Shown: positions 1 through 11,539 of the stretch, piece by piece
How positions within the stretch are numbered: position 1 is the stretch's first letter
How the letters are laid out: every line of letters begins with the position of its first letter
Assembly (NCBI RefSeq): GCF_025526975.1
Contig: NW_026515677.1
Location: 1-64,000, forward strand
DNA: 64,000 nt
Reading direction: 5' to 3'
DNA from: Fimicolochytrium jonesii
Lineage: Eukaryota
Notes under the pieces: generated by a model
What the model saw: only the letters and a program-made list of their open reading frames with translations
The model's database searches: none
What the model was told of the DNA's origin: nothing
Translations under genes and position numbers: made by a program

Positions 1-193
1 AAAAAGTTAGGAAAAAAAAAGGTAGGGTTGCAGAAAAAAACTGAAGAACAGCTCCAGGTTGCCTTTGGCCAGACTTTTATAAAAGGAGAGGGCTGTTCAG
101 ATTCCCTCCCTCCAAAAGCACGCACCACCACCACATTTCAGCACCTACGCCAATACCGACACCAATACCATCGCCAACACCAGGGCCAACACC

Positions 194-1780
194 ATGCCTT
201 TCACCGCATTCACCAACAACACCCTTTCGCCGTCGAGCCTTACCTCATCCATGTCGAACACCAGCCTTCAGGTCGAAATCTCCCAGACCTCATCCAGCAT
301 CGGCAGTTTGGATGTGGAGTTGTCCATTTCTGGTTCAAACGGCTCCAACTTTCATCATCATAGTGATGAGGGGCGTGAGGACATCGAGTTGCCAACTTCT
401 CGCTCAAGCTCTTCACATGAGGAACACCATCGCTCTCCTGCCCTTCAGGATGAGCAGTTTGGGGTCTTCCTCAGTACTGGCTACTTTGATGTGGACTGGA
501 TGGCCTTTACGCTCCCTACCACAAAGCTGACCACCCTCTTTGGTGCCTTCACCTTGGTTGAACTGTCTGGAGTGATGCAGCATATCAAGGACAGTGAAGC
601 TTTCGCCGGTTGGATGCGGATCGCTAGCAGACCTTGTGTCATTAGCATTCCATTCAATCCAGAGTCGAAGGCAAGGATTCTTGAGTTACTTCACAATGAA
701 CATTCGATCATCGTGAGGGAAAGCACGGATCACTCACGATTGATTGCTGGGCGGCAAAATCTGTTGATGTCTGGGTTCCAGGACATCATTGGTGCTGTGT
801 CACCCTCTGTACGCATTGTGCAGTATGGAATGAAGCAACGCATTCAGACTTTGCCAGCCTACTCCTTTGACCAGGAAGTGAGCAACCATCCCGATGCTGC
901 ACTCAACACATGGGACATTGGTCAGACATTCAACACTCGTGGTGTCATTCCTTTGGTTTGCTACAATGGACGTGGAGTTGGAGCCACCTTTCCCATGGTC
1001 ACCATCCTTGGTGAGGGATTTGGGTCCACCAGCTTTGACATTGCGGGTCACGCCAATGTTCGGGTTACTTGCTACCCAAAGCTTGTTCATGCGCTCAAAG
1101 CCTACTCTTCGACTTTGTCTTCGCGAATGCCCCAAACCAAGTCCAGCCTTGGTGATCGCAGTGAGACACTGAGAGGTTTACGTCAATGGCTCAACGGTCA
1201 CCCGCTCCACATTACTGGCATGCGAGTTGAAGTGCGAGTTCAGTGCGCCAGGTTGGAATCAGCGGAACAGATGGTTTTGAATCTCCATTTGGACCAGATC
1301 GAGACCATTTTCCAGCACATGGGCGCAAACTCCTTGAAGCTTGTGCCGGTGGAAGAGTACTACAGTCTCATCAATGGCATCATGGACGCTGCCACCAGAG
1401 TTCTATTCAGAGGAGATCGCAATAGACAGACTACTGTGACAGACTGTCAGCGCTTCCGAGATGTTCTCAACTCTTTTGGTTTCAATCCCGGATGGTTCAA
1501 AGGCATTGCACCCGTCATTGATCCTGCTCGTGCTTGGTGGGGTCATGGGGATGGGGAAGTGCCTGATGCTGCTCCCATTGGCAATATCCGTGAACTCTTC
1601 CATCAGCATCGTGATCAGCTTCAATGTCCCAACTGTGGAGGCTCAGCTTTTCATAGCATTGGCGGTCAGCATCGTTTCCGTCTCCGCTGCACAGGTACCC
1701 TGAGTGCCGTACGACTTTTGGACAGAACCAAGTCCGTGACATGCTTGCGGAAGTCCTTTAGTACTGTTGAATGTCGTTGA
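194..1780 (+). CDS. Intronless hypothetical protein (528 aa) with a C-terminal zinc ribbon; probably carried by a mobile or subtelomeric element
   Basis: Long ORF with TATAAAAG at ~78 and AATAAA at ~1837. The C-terminus reads CPNCGG...RC, and the last Cys pair appears in another frame (..RYPECRTTF), which suggests a 1-nt frameshift near 1692. No family recognised. Confidence 0.6.
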   Translation: MPFTAFTNNTLSPSSLTSSMSNTSLQVEISQTSSSIGSLDVELSISGSNGSNFHHHSDEGREDIELPTSRSSSSHEEHHRSPALQDEQFGVFLSTGYFDVDWMAFTLPTTKLTTLFGAFTLVELSGVMQHIKDSEAFAGWMRIASRPCVISIPFNPESKARILELLHNEHSIIVRESTDHSRLIAGRQNLLMSGFQDIIGAVSPSVRIVQYGMKQRIQTLPAYSFDQEVSNHPDAALNTWDIGQTFNTRGVIPLVCYNGRGVGATFPMVTILGEGFGSTSFDIAGHANVRVTCYPKLVHALKAYSSTLSSRMPQTKSSLGDRSETLRGLRQWLNGHPLHITGMRVEVRVQCARLESAEQMVLNLHLDQIETIFQHMGANSLKLVPVEEYYSLINGIMDAATRVLFRGDRNRQTTVTDCQRFRDVLNSFGFNPGWFKGIAPVIDPARAWWGHGDGEVPDAAPIGNIRELFHQHRDQLQCPNCGGSAFHSIGGQHRFRLRCTGTLSAVRLLDRTKSVTCLRKSFSTVECR

Positions 1781-2797
1781 TAACTTTACACCAAAACCCT
1801 TTTCTGAATGTGCGCTTTTCCAATGTACTCTAAATCAATAAATGCAATACTACTTTCCACCATTTTAAATGTTCCATGACAGAGACAGTTTGGCTGAATT
1901 TAATAAGTGATCTGGGAAATCTCTAACCCCAACCCTCTCACTCTGCATACCCTGCAAGCAAGCCCAGGTCACGTGCTCTAACCTGCATGGACAAACTGTA
2001 GAACACTGCTTTAAACGGAAAATGTTCAACAGTTTTGGTAAATGACATTCCGCAACGGTCCTACAAACAGTCTACGATGCACAGCGGAATCACAAAATGT
2101 TTACTGGAGAACACAGCCAAACCCCTTTGCCTGCACATACGTACTCGTGTCTTTTGTTAGGAGGTCTTGGGGGTCACTACTTGAGAATTGAAAAGGGGCC
2201 CTGTTCTTCAGCCAAAAGCAAGGTTACACAAGATTTGCTACCACATCAGCTATGCAAACCATAGGCTACAATCAACTTTCATTAAGTGCCCTCCACTGGA
2301 TAGTCAGCCAGATGTTGAGATATCACCACATTTTCCAACTTTTTACCCCCCGTCGCGTGAAAATTTCGTTTTTCTAAGTTTCTGAAGCCGTTTCCGCACG
2401 GATTGCCAATCCGAGAGTACTTCAATTAGAGAATATGATATGGGGCCAACTTTTAATTAGGACGCCAACTCCAGATCGGCACTAAAAAAATCCCAATTTG
2501 CACAAGTCCTATAACGTATATATAACATATATTTCCCCTTTATATCAACCCCCCCCCTCCCCTATTGGCACCCCTGCCCCCCCCCGTACCCGCACCACCA
2601 CCCATATGACCCATCACTTGCCCTTGCACACCTAGTCCCCCCTGACTTGCCTAGGTGCGCAACACCCCCCGCCACCACACCCCTCAGAGTCAAGAATTTG
2701 AACTGTAGAACACACCCAAAAGCCAAAAAACCCGAAAATTTCTAAGTCCCTAGGGTTCCAGGCAACCCAAAAATAAAACCCAACCCAGGGGGTCTTG

Positions 2798-2839
2798 TAA
2801 CCCTAACCCTAACCCTAACCCTAACCCTAACCCTAACCC
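2798..2839. repeat. Interstitial telomeric repeat (TAACCC)7
   Basis: Seven perfect TAACCC units read directly from the sequence. Confidence 0.95.
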
Positions 2840-2864
2840 AACACAGTCTGTTCATTACTCGTTA

Positions 2865-3683
2865 TTGAGACTCCCGTCGGCCATTGCTATGAGTTCAATC
2901 AAACTCACCGCCTACCTGATGGACGCCGTGGCTATGCCTACTACTTTCTCCGTGATTGCCGGAATAACTGAGTCTGCTATGGTTACAATCGCAACGTTTT
3001 CGAATATATCTGGTTCAAGTTGGACCACAGATGGGAACACGTTTAATTTCGCCAACACAACTGCCTATACTGTTTGGGGTATCTCATGGGCTTATGCCAA
3101 TCAAACCACAACCGGAGGCTGTGCAATAAGAGCGATACAGTATAATCAAGCCGTTCCCAAAGCGACCCTTGTTAGCGCTTCTGCAAATTCTCTAGACGTC
3201 ACGGGTGCGATAAATACGTACACGGTTACGTGCAATACAACTGCATTAGTGAAGAGCGACTTGACATGTAATACGAACGTATATGCTTCACAAATCATTC
3301 AATCTGCTGTTTGCATCAAAGACGGTGTTGTAGATGCGTTGTTAACTAACGGGAATGGCTACACAGGGGGTTTCGGACCCATTGGATGGAAAGCGGGGAT
3401 GTCTGGGGTCGTGGCCCACGCCAGTTTCATAGGGTACATGAATTCGAACAACAGTCGAGTCACGATAACTGTTCAGATATTGGATCAATCCTCTACCGTT
3501 GTCGCCACTAGAGGAGTGTCATACTACTGTGATATCAATACGTATAATACTAGGTATCCGTTCAGTTTCCAAGTGCCGTTGCTGTTCTCTTCGACGAATA
3601 CTCAATTGAGCGCACGAATTGTCATACCAACATCTATAACGTTGTCTAATTCATACCTCAACTTTTGGACCCAGTGTTATTAG
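2865..3683 (+). CDS. Intronless Thr/Ser/Asn/Val-rich, beta-strand-like protein; possible viral structural or fibre protein
   Basis: 272-aa ORF (first ATG ~2889) in an AT-richer segment with very few charged residues. It begins right after the telomere tract, so it may be 5'-truncated. Confidence 0.5.
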   Translation: MRLPSAIAMSSIKLTAYLMDAVAMPTTFSVIAGITESAMVTIATFSNISGSSWTTDGNTFNFANTTAYTVWGISWAYANQTTTGGCAIRAIQYNQAVPKATLVSASANSLDVTGAINTYTVTCNTTALVKSDLTCNTNVYASQIIQSAVCIKDGVVDALLTNGNGYTGGFGPIGWKAGMSGVVAHASFIGYMNSNNSRVTITVQILDQSSTVVATRGVSYYCDINTYNTRYPFSFQVPLLFSSTNTQLSARIVIPTSITLSNSYLNFWTQCY

Positions 3684-3685
3684 AT

Positions 3686-4021
3686 CTAAATCTCAATATC
3701 GAGAACATTCACTCGTTCATTTTTGTCATTTCCGCATATCATTCGCAACCCTTTCTCAGCGAAAACGATTCCAATGTATCCGGACTTATACACGAACTCC
3801 AGTTTTTCATTGAAATTACGCCGAGTCGCGATTGAATAGATCTGTTTGAAAATATATCGGTTCTGTTTGTTAATCTTGACGTACGCCATATAACCAGGTT
3901 TGTTGCGCATAGATAAGCAGATCCTTTCGAGGCTTTCTAGATCATTTATGGTGAATCGCATAACAAGTGTGTCGTCAATCAACTTGATGTTATCGTTAAG
4001 AGCAAAAACGGATGTTGGCAT
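3686..4021 (-). CDS. Small intronless hypothetical protein (111 aa), virus-like arrangement
   Basis: ATG-started ORF converging on the previous ORF with only a 2-nt gap; AT-rich codons unlike the host genes. Confidence 0.45.
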   Translation of the reverse strand: MPTSVFALNDNIKLIDDTLVMRFTINDLESLERICLSMRNKPGYMAYVKINKQNRYIFKQIYSIATRRNFNEKLEFVYKSGYIGIVFAEKGLRMICGNDKNERVNVLDIEI

Positions 4022-4717
4022 TGGGTTGTTTAGTATTTAAAAGCTTATATATGTTGATAACTGAAACGCTTTACCAGGCGCGCGAGGCGATGATGACCTG
4101 CTAAGGTGAACACATGGATGGAGGATTTTGGAAGTGAGCAGGAAGTGTACCACAGGATCGGGGGTGGATCGGGGGGATGGGAAAGCTAATGGGGAGGATA
4201 ATGGAGAGAATGTGTAGTACAGTATAATATATTTGTTTAGATAATATAAAACGCACACATGCACACTTAGCACACATGGTTTGAAGTTGTATGGATGGGA
4301 AAAAGAGGAGGAGGTCATAGGTGACAGCGACGACATCACCACCTATACCCAATAATCAGCAAAGGCGAATAAACGGACCCCCCCTAGGTGTGCATGTGTT
4401 CCTATGAGGTCGCTGAGTATGGCGAGCGTTTAGGAAAGAAGTGAGCCGCCTATGCGGCGTCTCAGCGGGCCCGATATGGACAAGTCCTATCAATAGGAGA
4501 CGTGCTGTAATAGTTCCTCATATGCGATTCGGCCTTGTGGCGATAAGTTTCGGACTTGTACAAATTCGATACTTCAAAGTGTCCGAGTTTATAAAGACTT
4601 GGATTTAAAGGGCGTCGGATTTTAGTAGGGAAAACGCTGGATATTTACTGTGTATATGTAGGATAGCTATGGAGGCGAGAAGTTGGAAAGTTAGGGGATT
4701 AGAGAATAGACCTGCTT

Positions 4718-4952
4718 GACGATTAATACAGAAAGAAGAGGATATCCAATTATGACGATTAATACAGAAAGGATATCCTAATACACCGATTAATACACAA
4801 AAGCATATGTTTTCTAACGATTAATATACAGTGAGATTAACAGTGGTTCAGTGCATGTGTATTAATCTGAGATTAATACACATGCACTGAACCACTGACA
4901 TTGACATTGACATTGGCGTTTGACATTTGGCGGTTGACATTGGCGGCTGTCA
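4718..4952. repeat. GATTAATACA direct repeats, a perfect 28-bp-arm palindrome (4841-4897) and GACATT repeats
   Basis: GATTAATA(C/T)A occurs at 4721, 4757, 4788, 4819 and 4871. The palindrome is CAGTGGTTCAGTGCATGTGTATTAATCT-G-AGATTAATACACATGCACTGAACCACTG. Confidence 0.9.
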
Positions 4953-6139
4953 GTAGGTAAGCTTATGGTATGGGCGCGTTGTCCATAACACTAGGGTTCC
5001 TGTAGTTCATTTCCTCACGTGGCTCCCCTCCCGCTTACGCCACGCTTCCGCGTGCGGGACTTCACTCTTTTCTTCCCCTTCGGACCTCGTGTCCTCTTTA
5101 CACTTGAAACTTTTCTACACAAGACAATACATACTTCACAGTACAGCATTGCACACTACATAGAGTTTGCTCAGTCATCTGCTTCCTCTGCTGACTACTG
5201 CTAAGTTTCGCAGCGGCCGCTCAACTGACAGCTTTATCTATGGGCTGCCAGTGGGGCTTGCGTGGCTTCAGTGAGGCTTGGCGCCTTATGTAATGTATCA
5301 CCGAGAGCTCGAGTGGCCAGCCCGGGTCTCGGATCAAGTAGAAGTAAAGAGATGTAATATGAAATACAAGTGAATATGAGATATCCCCGACAGCTCTTCT
5401 CGTACATCAATTTCACATTTTCAAGGACAGCCAAGGAGTCCAGCTCCATCAAGGGTAGAGGGTGAAGAGGAAGTCAGCATAAAACCACTGGTGAGGTTGA
5501 AAGTCCAATGTTCGACGTGTACCTGGCAGCCAAAAGTCCGCGTGCAGTTGGGCGAAATGTACAAGGTATTTGGGCATGACGACCGTGGATAGGGCTGGAA
5601 GGTTTGCTGAGCCCTGGTGAGTTGACCTTACAGACGTCCTGACGGTTTGCTATGTTCCAGATATAGACCTTGTAGAAGCAACTGTGAGGAGCGGAATCCA
5701 AAACTCCTCAACGCGCAACAACACCGCTGAGTAAGCAAGGGGCAAGTTAAATTGCACTGTCACGTGGACTCTCGCCGGTTGAATTGGCTGCATTTTTTCT
5801 TCGTTGCCATCCCTCCCTCCGTCGCTCGCGACAAATCCGGAATTGCCGATATCCAGCGGAATTGCGGGAGTTGACCCACTGCACATGGCAAGTGTTCTTT
5901 TATGGCCTTACTGTATCTGGCCGTTTTTCGCCTTGCTCTGCGCCTTGCTTGTTGCACAACTTGTGCACGTCCGTGCCTCGCCCTCCGCCCTTAGCCGGGA
6001 GAGCGACCGCGATCTGGATGTTGCTTGTGCTGACACTCGCTCTCGCTGTGCTGCTCTGTGCAGTAGCTCTGTCGCTCGCTGCCTCATTGCGCGTCATCAA
6101 TTTAAACCCGCGCCATTGCCGCCGCTCAGTTGCGGCATC

Positions 6140-9100
6140 ATGTCGGCAGCCCCACTCTCACCAGCGGTGACGCACTCGCCTCACCTCACGAGAATGGCGG
6201 CGCCGGCCCCGGCGCCCCCTCAGTACGTCGTGCGCGAGTCTCTTAAGGGAGCGCTGCGCGGACCGCACTATCAAGTTCTACTCGCGCAGCACTACATGCT
6301 CGCACGACTCGAGCAGCTGATGACCCCTCGGTTCGGTGTTCGGCTGGAGGTGAACCTCGCCGGCGCGTGGGATGATGTCGTGTTCGATTTCATCGATGCA
6401 GCAGGCGCCATCACCGAGAGGCACTTCATACAGCAGAAGCACCATAATGTCACCGGCAGCATGGATTGGGCGTTCGTCAAGAACAAGACGGGCATGGAAC
6501 TGTACAAATACTTCGATGACTGGTTCCTCCTGCTCTCGCCCTACTCTCCAGCCACGGTGAAGAAAGCTGCGTTGCCATCTGTACAACCGGGTGGACGCTC
6601 ACTCTGCGTGTTCTGCACGAATGATGTCGCCGGTGCCGATCTGCAGGCAGTCTTTGAACCGGTCTCCACCGCGCACAGTTTCGAACCCATTCCGCTGCTG
6701 AATGGTGAGACACTCTCGCCAGTATATCATCGGCTCAATCTAGAATTTCGATTCCCCGGCAGGACGCGACTATCGCCGCTCGAAGTGCTACGGACGAACA
6801 TCAAGAAGCACTCCCTCTTGATGGATCGCAACAGCGCCATAAACGCCGGCGCGCAAGCACGCCAGAATCCCACCGTGCAAGCGGCGTATGAATATTTCAA
6901 CGGAGGCGGGATTGCGCTGACGGATGTCCAGATGAACGGTTACATCGAGGAGTTTCTTCGCGATCATCTCCTCGTCGCGACGAATCAGCCACACGTCGAC
7001 ACGTTCGATGCCGTGCTCTAGGTGCAGCTTCCTCGTGTCTTCCCTTCCGCTGCGCACACTACGTCGCATATGAATCTGTTGCTATCAGAAACATGGGCAT
7101 GGTTTCGGCAGCTGCAGAATGCGAACGTTTGGACGGAAGTCATTCTGCGCCAGTACGTCTCCTCTATCGCGCAGCAAATCACGACGATGCCACAGGAAAT
7201 CGGCGTCACTCGTGCGCGACTCAACCAAGTCATGACTGAGATGGAAGCACACGTCCGTATCGATCGACCAGGGATTCTGCAATCGTTACGGCAACATCAC
7301 ACGCAAGCTGCGCCAGGGCTGAAATCCAACTGGTATGGCGCATCAGGAGTCGGCAAGTCCTCCCTTGCTGCGGTCCTACTCAGCGAGCTTGTGACGGCAG
7401 GCAAATCGCTCTTCTTCGACACACCGCAGACCTTTTGCGCAGCGACGGGCGTTTTCGGTTCGACGACTCTCATCTGCGTCGACCAAGTCGACACAGCCAC
7501 ACAGGCTGATGTAACTCGACATTGGACCAACAATGCTGTCGGAGCGCATCTGCTGTGCATCTCGGTCGAGGAGCTCTGGCCTGCCGAGCCGAAGCTGCTG
7601 ATCCCACCACTGACGACGGCTGAGGTGGACCAGTACTTGCAGTCCCGCCGGTTGTCGGATCACATGCTGATCTTGTCGAAGATCAGCTTCATGTTGCTTC
7701 AGTCCGGCTTGCCACCTCCGCCAGGCACGCCCGATGCTTCCATCACTGGCCTGCAGCAGCTGATGCGCCTCCCGCGTACGCTGTTGAAGGTGTGCGCCCA
7801 TGCGGTGCCATTCGCGCCGCAGCCCGCCGTCACCGCTGCTGGTGCGTATGCTGCAGCGAAGTCCGCTTCGCGCGTAAGAATCATTCCGCTTCGCGTGAAG
7901 CGGCAAGTGCCGACTTACTCATTCGAAAGTCTTTCGACTCATTCCCGATTCATCGGTGCGAAGATCATTTCGACGACGCAGATTGATGCAGCCCTGCTCC
8001 ACGCTCAGCTCCACGCTCGCAGCCAATATGAACGTCAGATCAGCTCACGTAAGCAGCGAGGGGACGAGTCGTCTCCTCTCGGGCATCTCACGTTCGACGT
8101 CGAACAGCTCGGCTTGGACGTTCCGATCGATACCGCTGTGGACCTACGAACGCTGCTGCAACAAAAATTATCCGAAGCCGATTACGAACGCTTGATGGGG
8201 AAATCTCTTTGGATCATTCTCCTCGACCGCAATGGTATCGCAGCTCACTGGTCTGCTGCTAGGATGCTGCAGTTCTCGCAGTTCAACATGCTGACGCTGA
8301 TCACCACAGCAGAAACGACGTCTCCTGTTGACGGTTGTTGCCACTTCCGGGCAAGTAACGGGGTGTCTGCGCCTGGTGACCGCGTGCTGTTCTATCTGGT
8401 CTCCTCCATGGATCGTTTCGAACGCCTGCCGCTCGGTGACTCGTACTGCGTGCCGAAAGCTGATCAAGTGTGGATCGACGTCGCCTTGCCGGTACTGGCG
8501 ACCGCTGGTGTGACACTGCTGACAGCCGAGGCCGGATCTGGCAAGAGCGTCTCGATGAAGATGATTCACTGGGAGTTCCACCAGAATATCGCACAGCAGA
8601 CAGCGTATACCATCTGCATACTCGTTTCCTTTCGTGAGCTGGCTGCAATCATCTCGCGCTCCGCAACAGGATGTTCTTCTCTCGAGCAGCTGGCATTTCT
8701 GCTGCTACAACTGCCACCCGAACTAAAATGCATGGTGAAGGAAGATCTCGCAAAAGGACGAGTACTCTTCCTGTTGGACGCATGGGACGAGGTTCAGTCG
8801 TCGAGCGAGCGGCAGGCGCTGCAGGAGGTGATGCGACTGCTCCGTGCATACGCACATGTGATGTACTCGTCCCGTCCGATGGCAACGCAACCAATGCAGC
8901 CGAGTGTGACATTCGAGCTGCAGCGATTTTCGGATCCAGACACCGAGGAGTTCATCAAGTCATACTTTAGGTCGGTCGAGGATGTTTCCGACTGGAGCGA
9001 GGGCTGCATTGGTGCCCTTCGCGCTCACCGCAGCAGTCTGCACGAGATCGGTCTGCCGTTGCAGTGCTTCCTCGTATGCGAGGCATGGCAGCCTGCATTC

Positions 9101-11539
9101 GAAGACTGGTGTCAGGACCGTACCTGCACGAAGCCGTGGGATGGTGGTGTCAACCTGGATCGATTATACTTATTCCGCATGTTCATCACCGCTCGGTTCT
9201 AACAGATGCTGTCACTCAGTATCCAGGCCACGGCGTTGACGGACGAGTCGGTTGCCATCTACTCGCGACCGTTCCTTGAGCGCCTGCAGGAAGTCGCAGC
9301 GGGGGTGTTACTCAAATCGCACCTGGCTGCGATCGACCACTCTTCCATCATCGGCTCCAGTATCGCACGGTTGAATGTGCTCCAAGACAGTGGTGAGTTC
9401 ATGCACCAGACGTACGCTGAGTATCTTACGGCGCAGTTCCTGGTCCGCACTCTCCTCATTCGGCCGAGCGACGGGTCTCGTTTAGTGAAAAAACATCGCT
9501 TCCACTCCAGCCTGGCTCTCGTCTTCGAGTTTCTAGCCGCGATGCTGAGCACACAGGAGGGCGACCTCTTCGTACCGGCATCGGCGGATGCTCGCATCAG
9601 CGCGATGCGATCCTTCTGGGAGGCGTTGCTGAGTGAACCGCAGAACTCCGCAGGGAGCGCACGAGAAGTCATGCTGCGGCGATGCTTACTTCGTACTCAC
9701 TTGAACGACGCCTCTGCGATATTTGATGATTCGGCCGTTGCGGTGATGAGGTCGCTGCACGATTCCGTTGCGCCAGTTTCCAGCCACGTGTCAAACGAGG
9801 AGAGCAAGGATGAGGATGAGATGGTTGATGTAGCTGCGGCTGCGGTACCGGCCGGCGCTGCTGCTCAAGTCGACTTTCAGGCGCCGAAGCTGCCCCATCC
9901 ATACGCAGTAATATGGCGCTGCAATATCATCGATTCCGTTGATCTCCGTGTGCTCTCGGCTGCCGGCAAAGTCAAAGCGATGGCATGGCTGGTCAACCTC
10001 TTCGAGCATCATTGTGGATCTTACCGCGTCGCTGAAGCCGTGGCAGACAAGCTGGGTAATCTGGGCATGGCAAGCCCGGCGGTTCTCAAACCATTGGTGA
10101 GTGCAATGGTGCGCGAAGGCTATGGCCACAAGGAGTCCTTTTCAGCACTGGTTGGAATGGGCGTGTCGCTCGAGAAGATACAACAACTCGCTGAGGCTCA
10201 CAATTTCCCGTGGAAGAAGCCACCGGTCGAAACGGTGCTCGCTCAAATCTCTCGAGCAAAGTGGCCCATCTCTATGGTTAAGTGGTTCGCGAGACAATCA
10301 GACAGTGTGCGCCAGCCAGATGCTCTGCTGGGAGCTTTGTTTCGAGGCGCGGAGTTTCCAGTTCAGCCGGACGTGGTGCTCTGCGCGATGCAGTTGCACT
10401 CTCCAGACGACAGCTTCGACCGAAAGTTGCTCGATTGTGCTTCTGATGGCACCACTCCGGTTTCCAGCCGCCTGCTCATCTGGCTGCATCTCCCTCAACA
10501 CGGTCGGCAATCAGATGTGCGACTCACGGCGAGTACTAACGCCTCTGGCATCATCACATCCGATTCTCAGACGGTGCTTTCTGAGCTTCTCTCACGATGT
10601 TGCAATGCGGAGGAGGCAGGCAGAGCCTGCTGTGCTCAAATCGAGTCGTTCTTGTCGATGGTTGAGAACGATGGTGCCCGAACAGCGTGGCTTCCAACGC
10701 TGTTACACATGATCGAAGTCGCGATCAAGGAGCGCTCGTGCAAGGCCCTCATCCCCGTGTTGGTGGAGCACGCAGTCCATCTGCATCCGCCGTTCAGCGA
10801 CACGCGTTCGCTCTGGATGACTGTCTTCAGCCACGAGACCAACTCCCGTGGATCGTTTTGGGACTGCAAAGCCGTTGTGCCAAGCTTTGGTTTCTCCTTT
10901 CCGTACTGGAGTGAGGTCTCCGCAGTCTTCATGGTGTACAAGCTCACCGGCACTTTCTGTGATGATCTTTCTCTCGGCTCCTCGTTCGAGGCTTTCGCTA
11001 CCGCTGCTGAGAGCTTCTCCGAGGATCAGCAGCGATGGGCGATCTGGGCGTGTGCACACGTCATTGAGCATCGGATCAAGAACGGTGATGACGAGCATCG
11101 GGTCCTGCCAGCGTTTCGGCAGTTCGGTTTCAGTCCATTCTCCCCGGCGGTGGTGTGCGAGCAGCTGCTCTCCGATAACCTACCTCGATTCATCTTTCCA
11201 CCTGATGGCGCGCTTGACACCTCCAAGCTCGATACGTGGGCCGAGTTCGCATCGCATCCAGTAGCGTCACCTGAGACCCGAGCGAGGGTGCTGCAGATGT
11301 ATCTCGAGCAGTCGTCACGCGTGTTGTCCTTTCCACCGGACGAGGAAGGCACGTTGATCGTACATCTCGATACTCGAGATATGCCCCTGCAAACGACGCC
11401 AGATATGCGAACCATCGTCCGCGCTGCAACGTCCGGCCCGGCGCCGCTGACTCAGCTGCAGTTTCGGAATTCCTCCGCAGTCGGATCATCCAGGCCACCA
11501 GCCATCAGTGTCGCGGATGTCTACACTCCGGCTCTGTAA
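6140..11539 (+). pseudogene. PD-(D/E)XK (Cap4/Mrr-like) nuclease + P-loop NTPase + NACHT + helical-repeat protein (Avs/NLR-like), interrupted by two in-frame stops
   Basis: ORFs 5804-7021, 7022-9202 and 9206-11539 share one frame and are separated only by TAG (7019-21) and TAA (9200-02). Motifs: GPHYQ...WDDVV...FIQQKH; Walker A GASGVGKS (~7337) and AEAGSGKS (~8525); Walker B LFLLDAWDE; winged-helix motif FMHQTYAEYLTA. Start codon uncertain (6140 or 6194). Confidence 0.75.

Noticed and set aside
4718..4900. Regularly spaced repeats as a possible CRISPR array
   Set aside because: The repeats are only ~10 bp, the spacers are related to each other, there are no cas genes and the context is eukaryotic.
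9190..9205. CTAACAG as an intron end that would remove the TAA stop in the NLR gene
   Set aside because: The branch point is too close to the AG, no convincing in-frame donor was found, and the upstream sequence encodes a NACHT-like motif.
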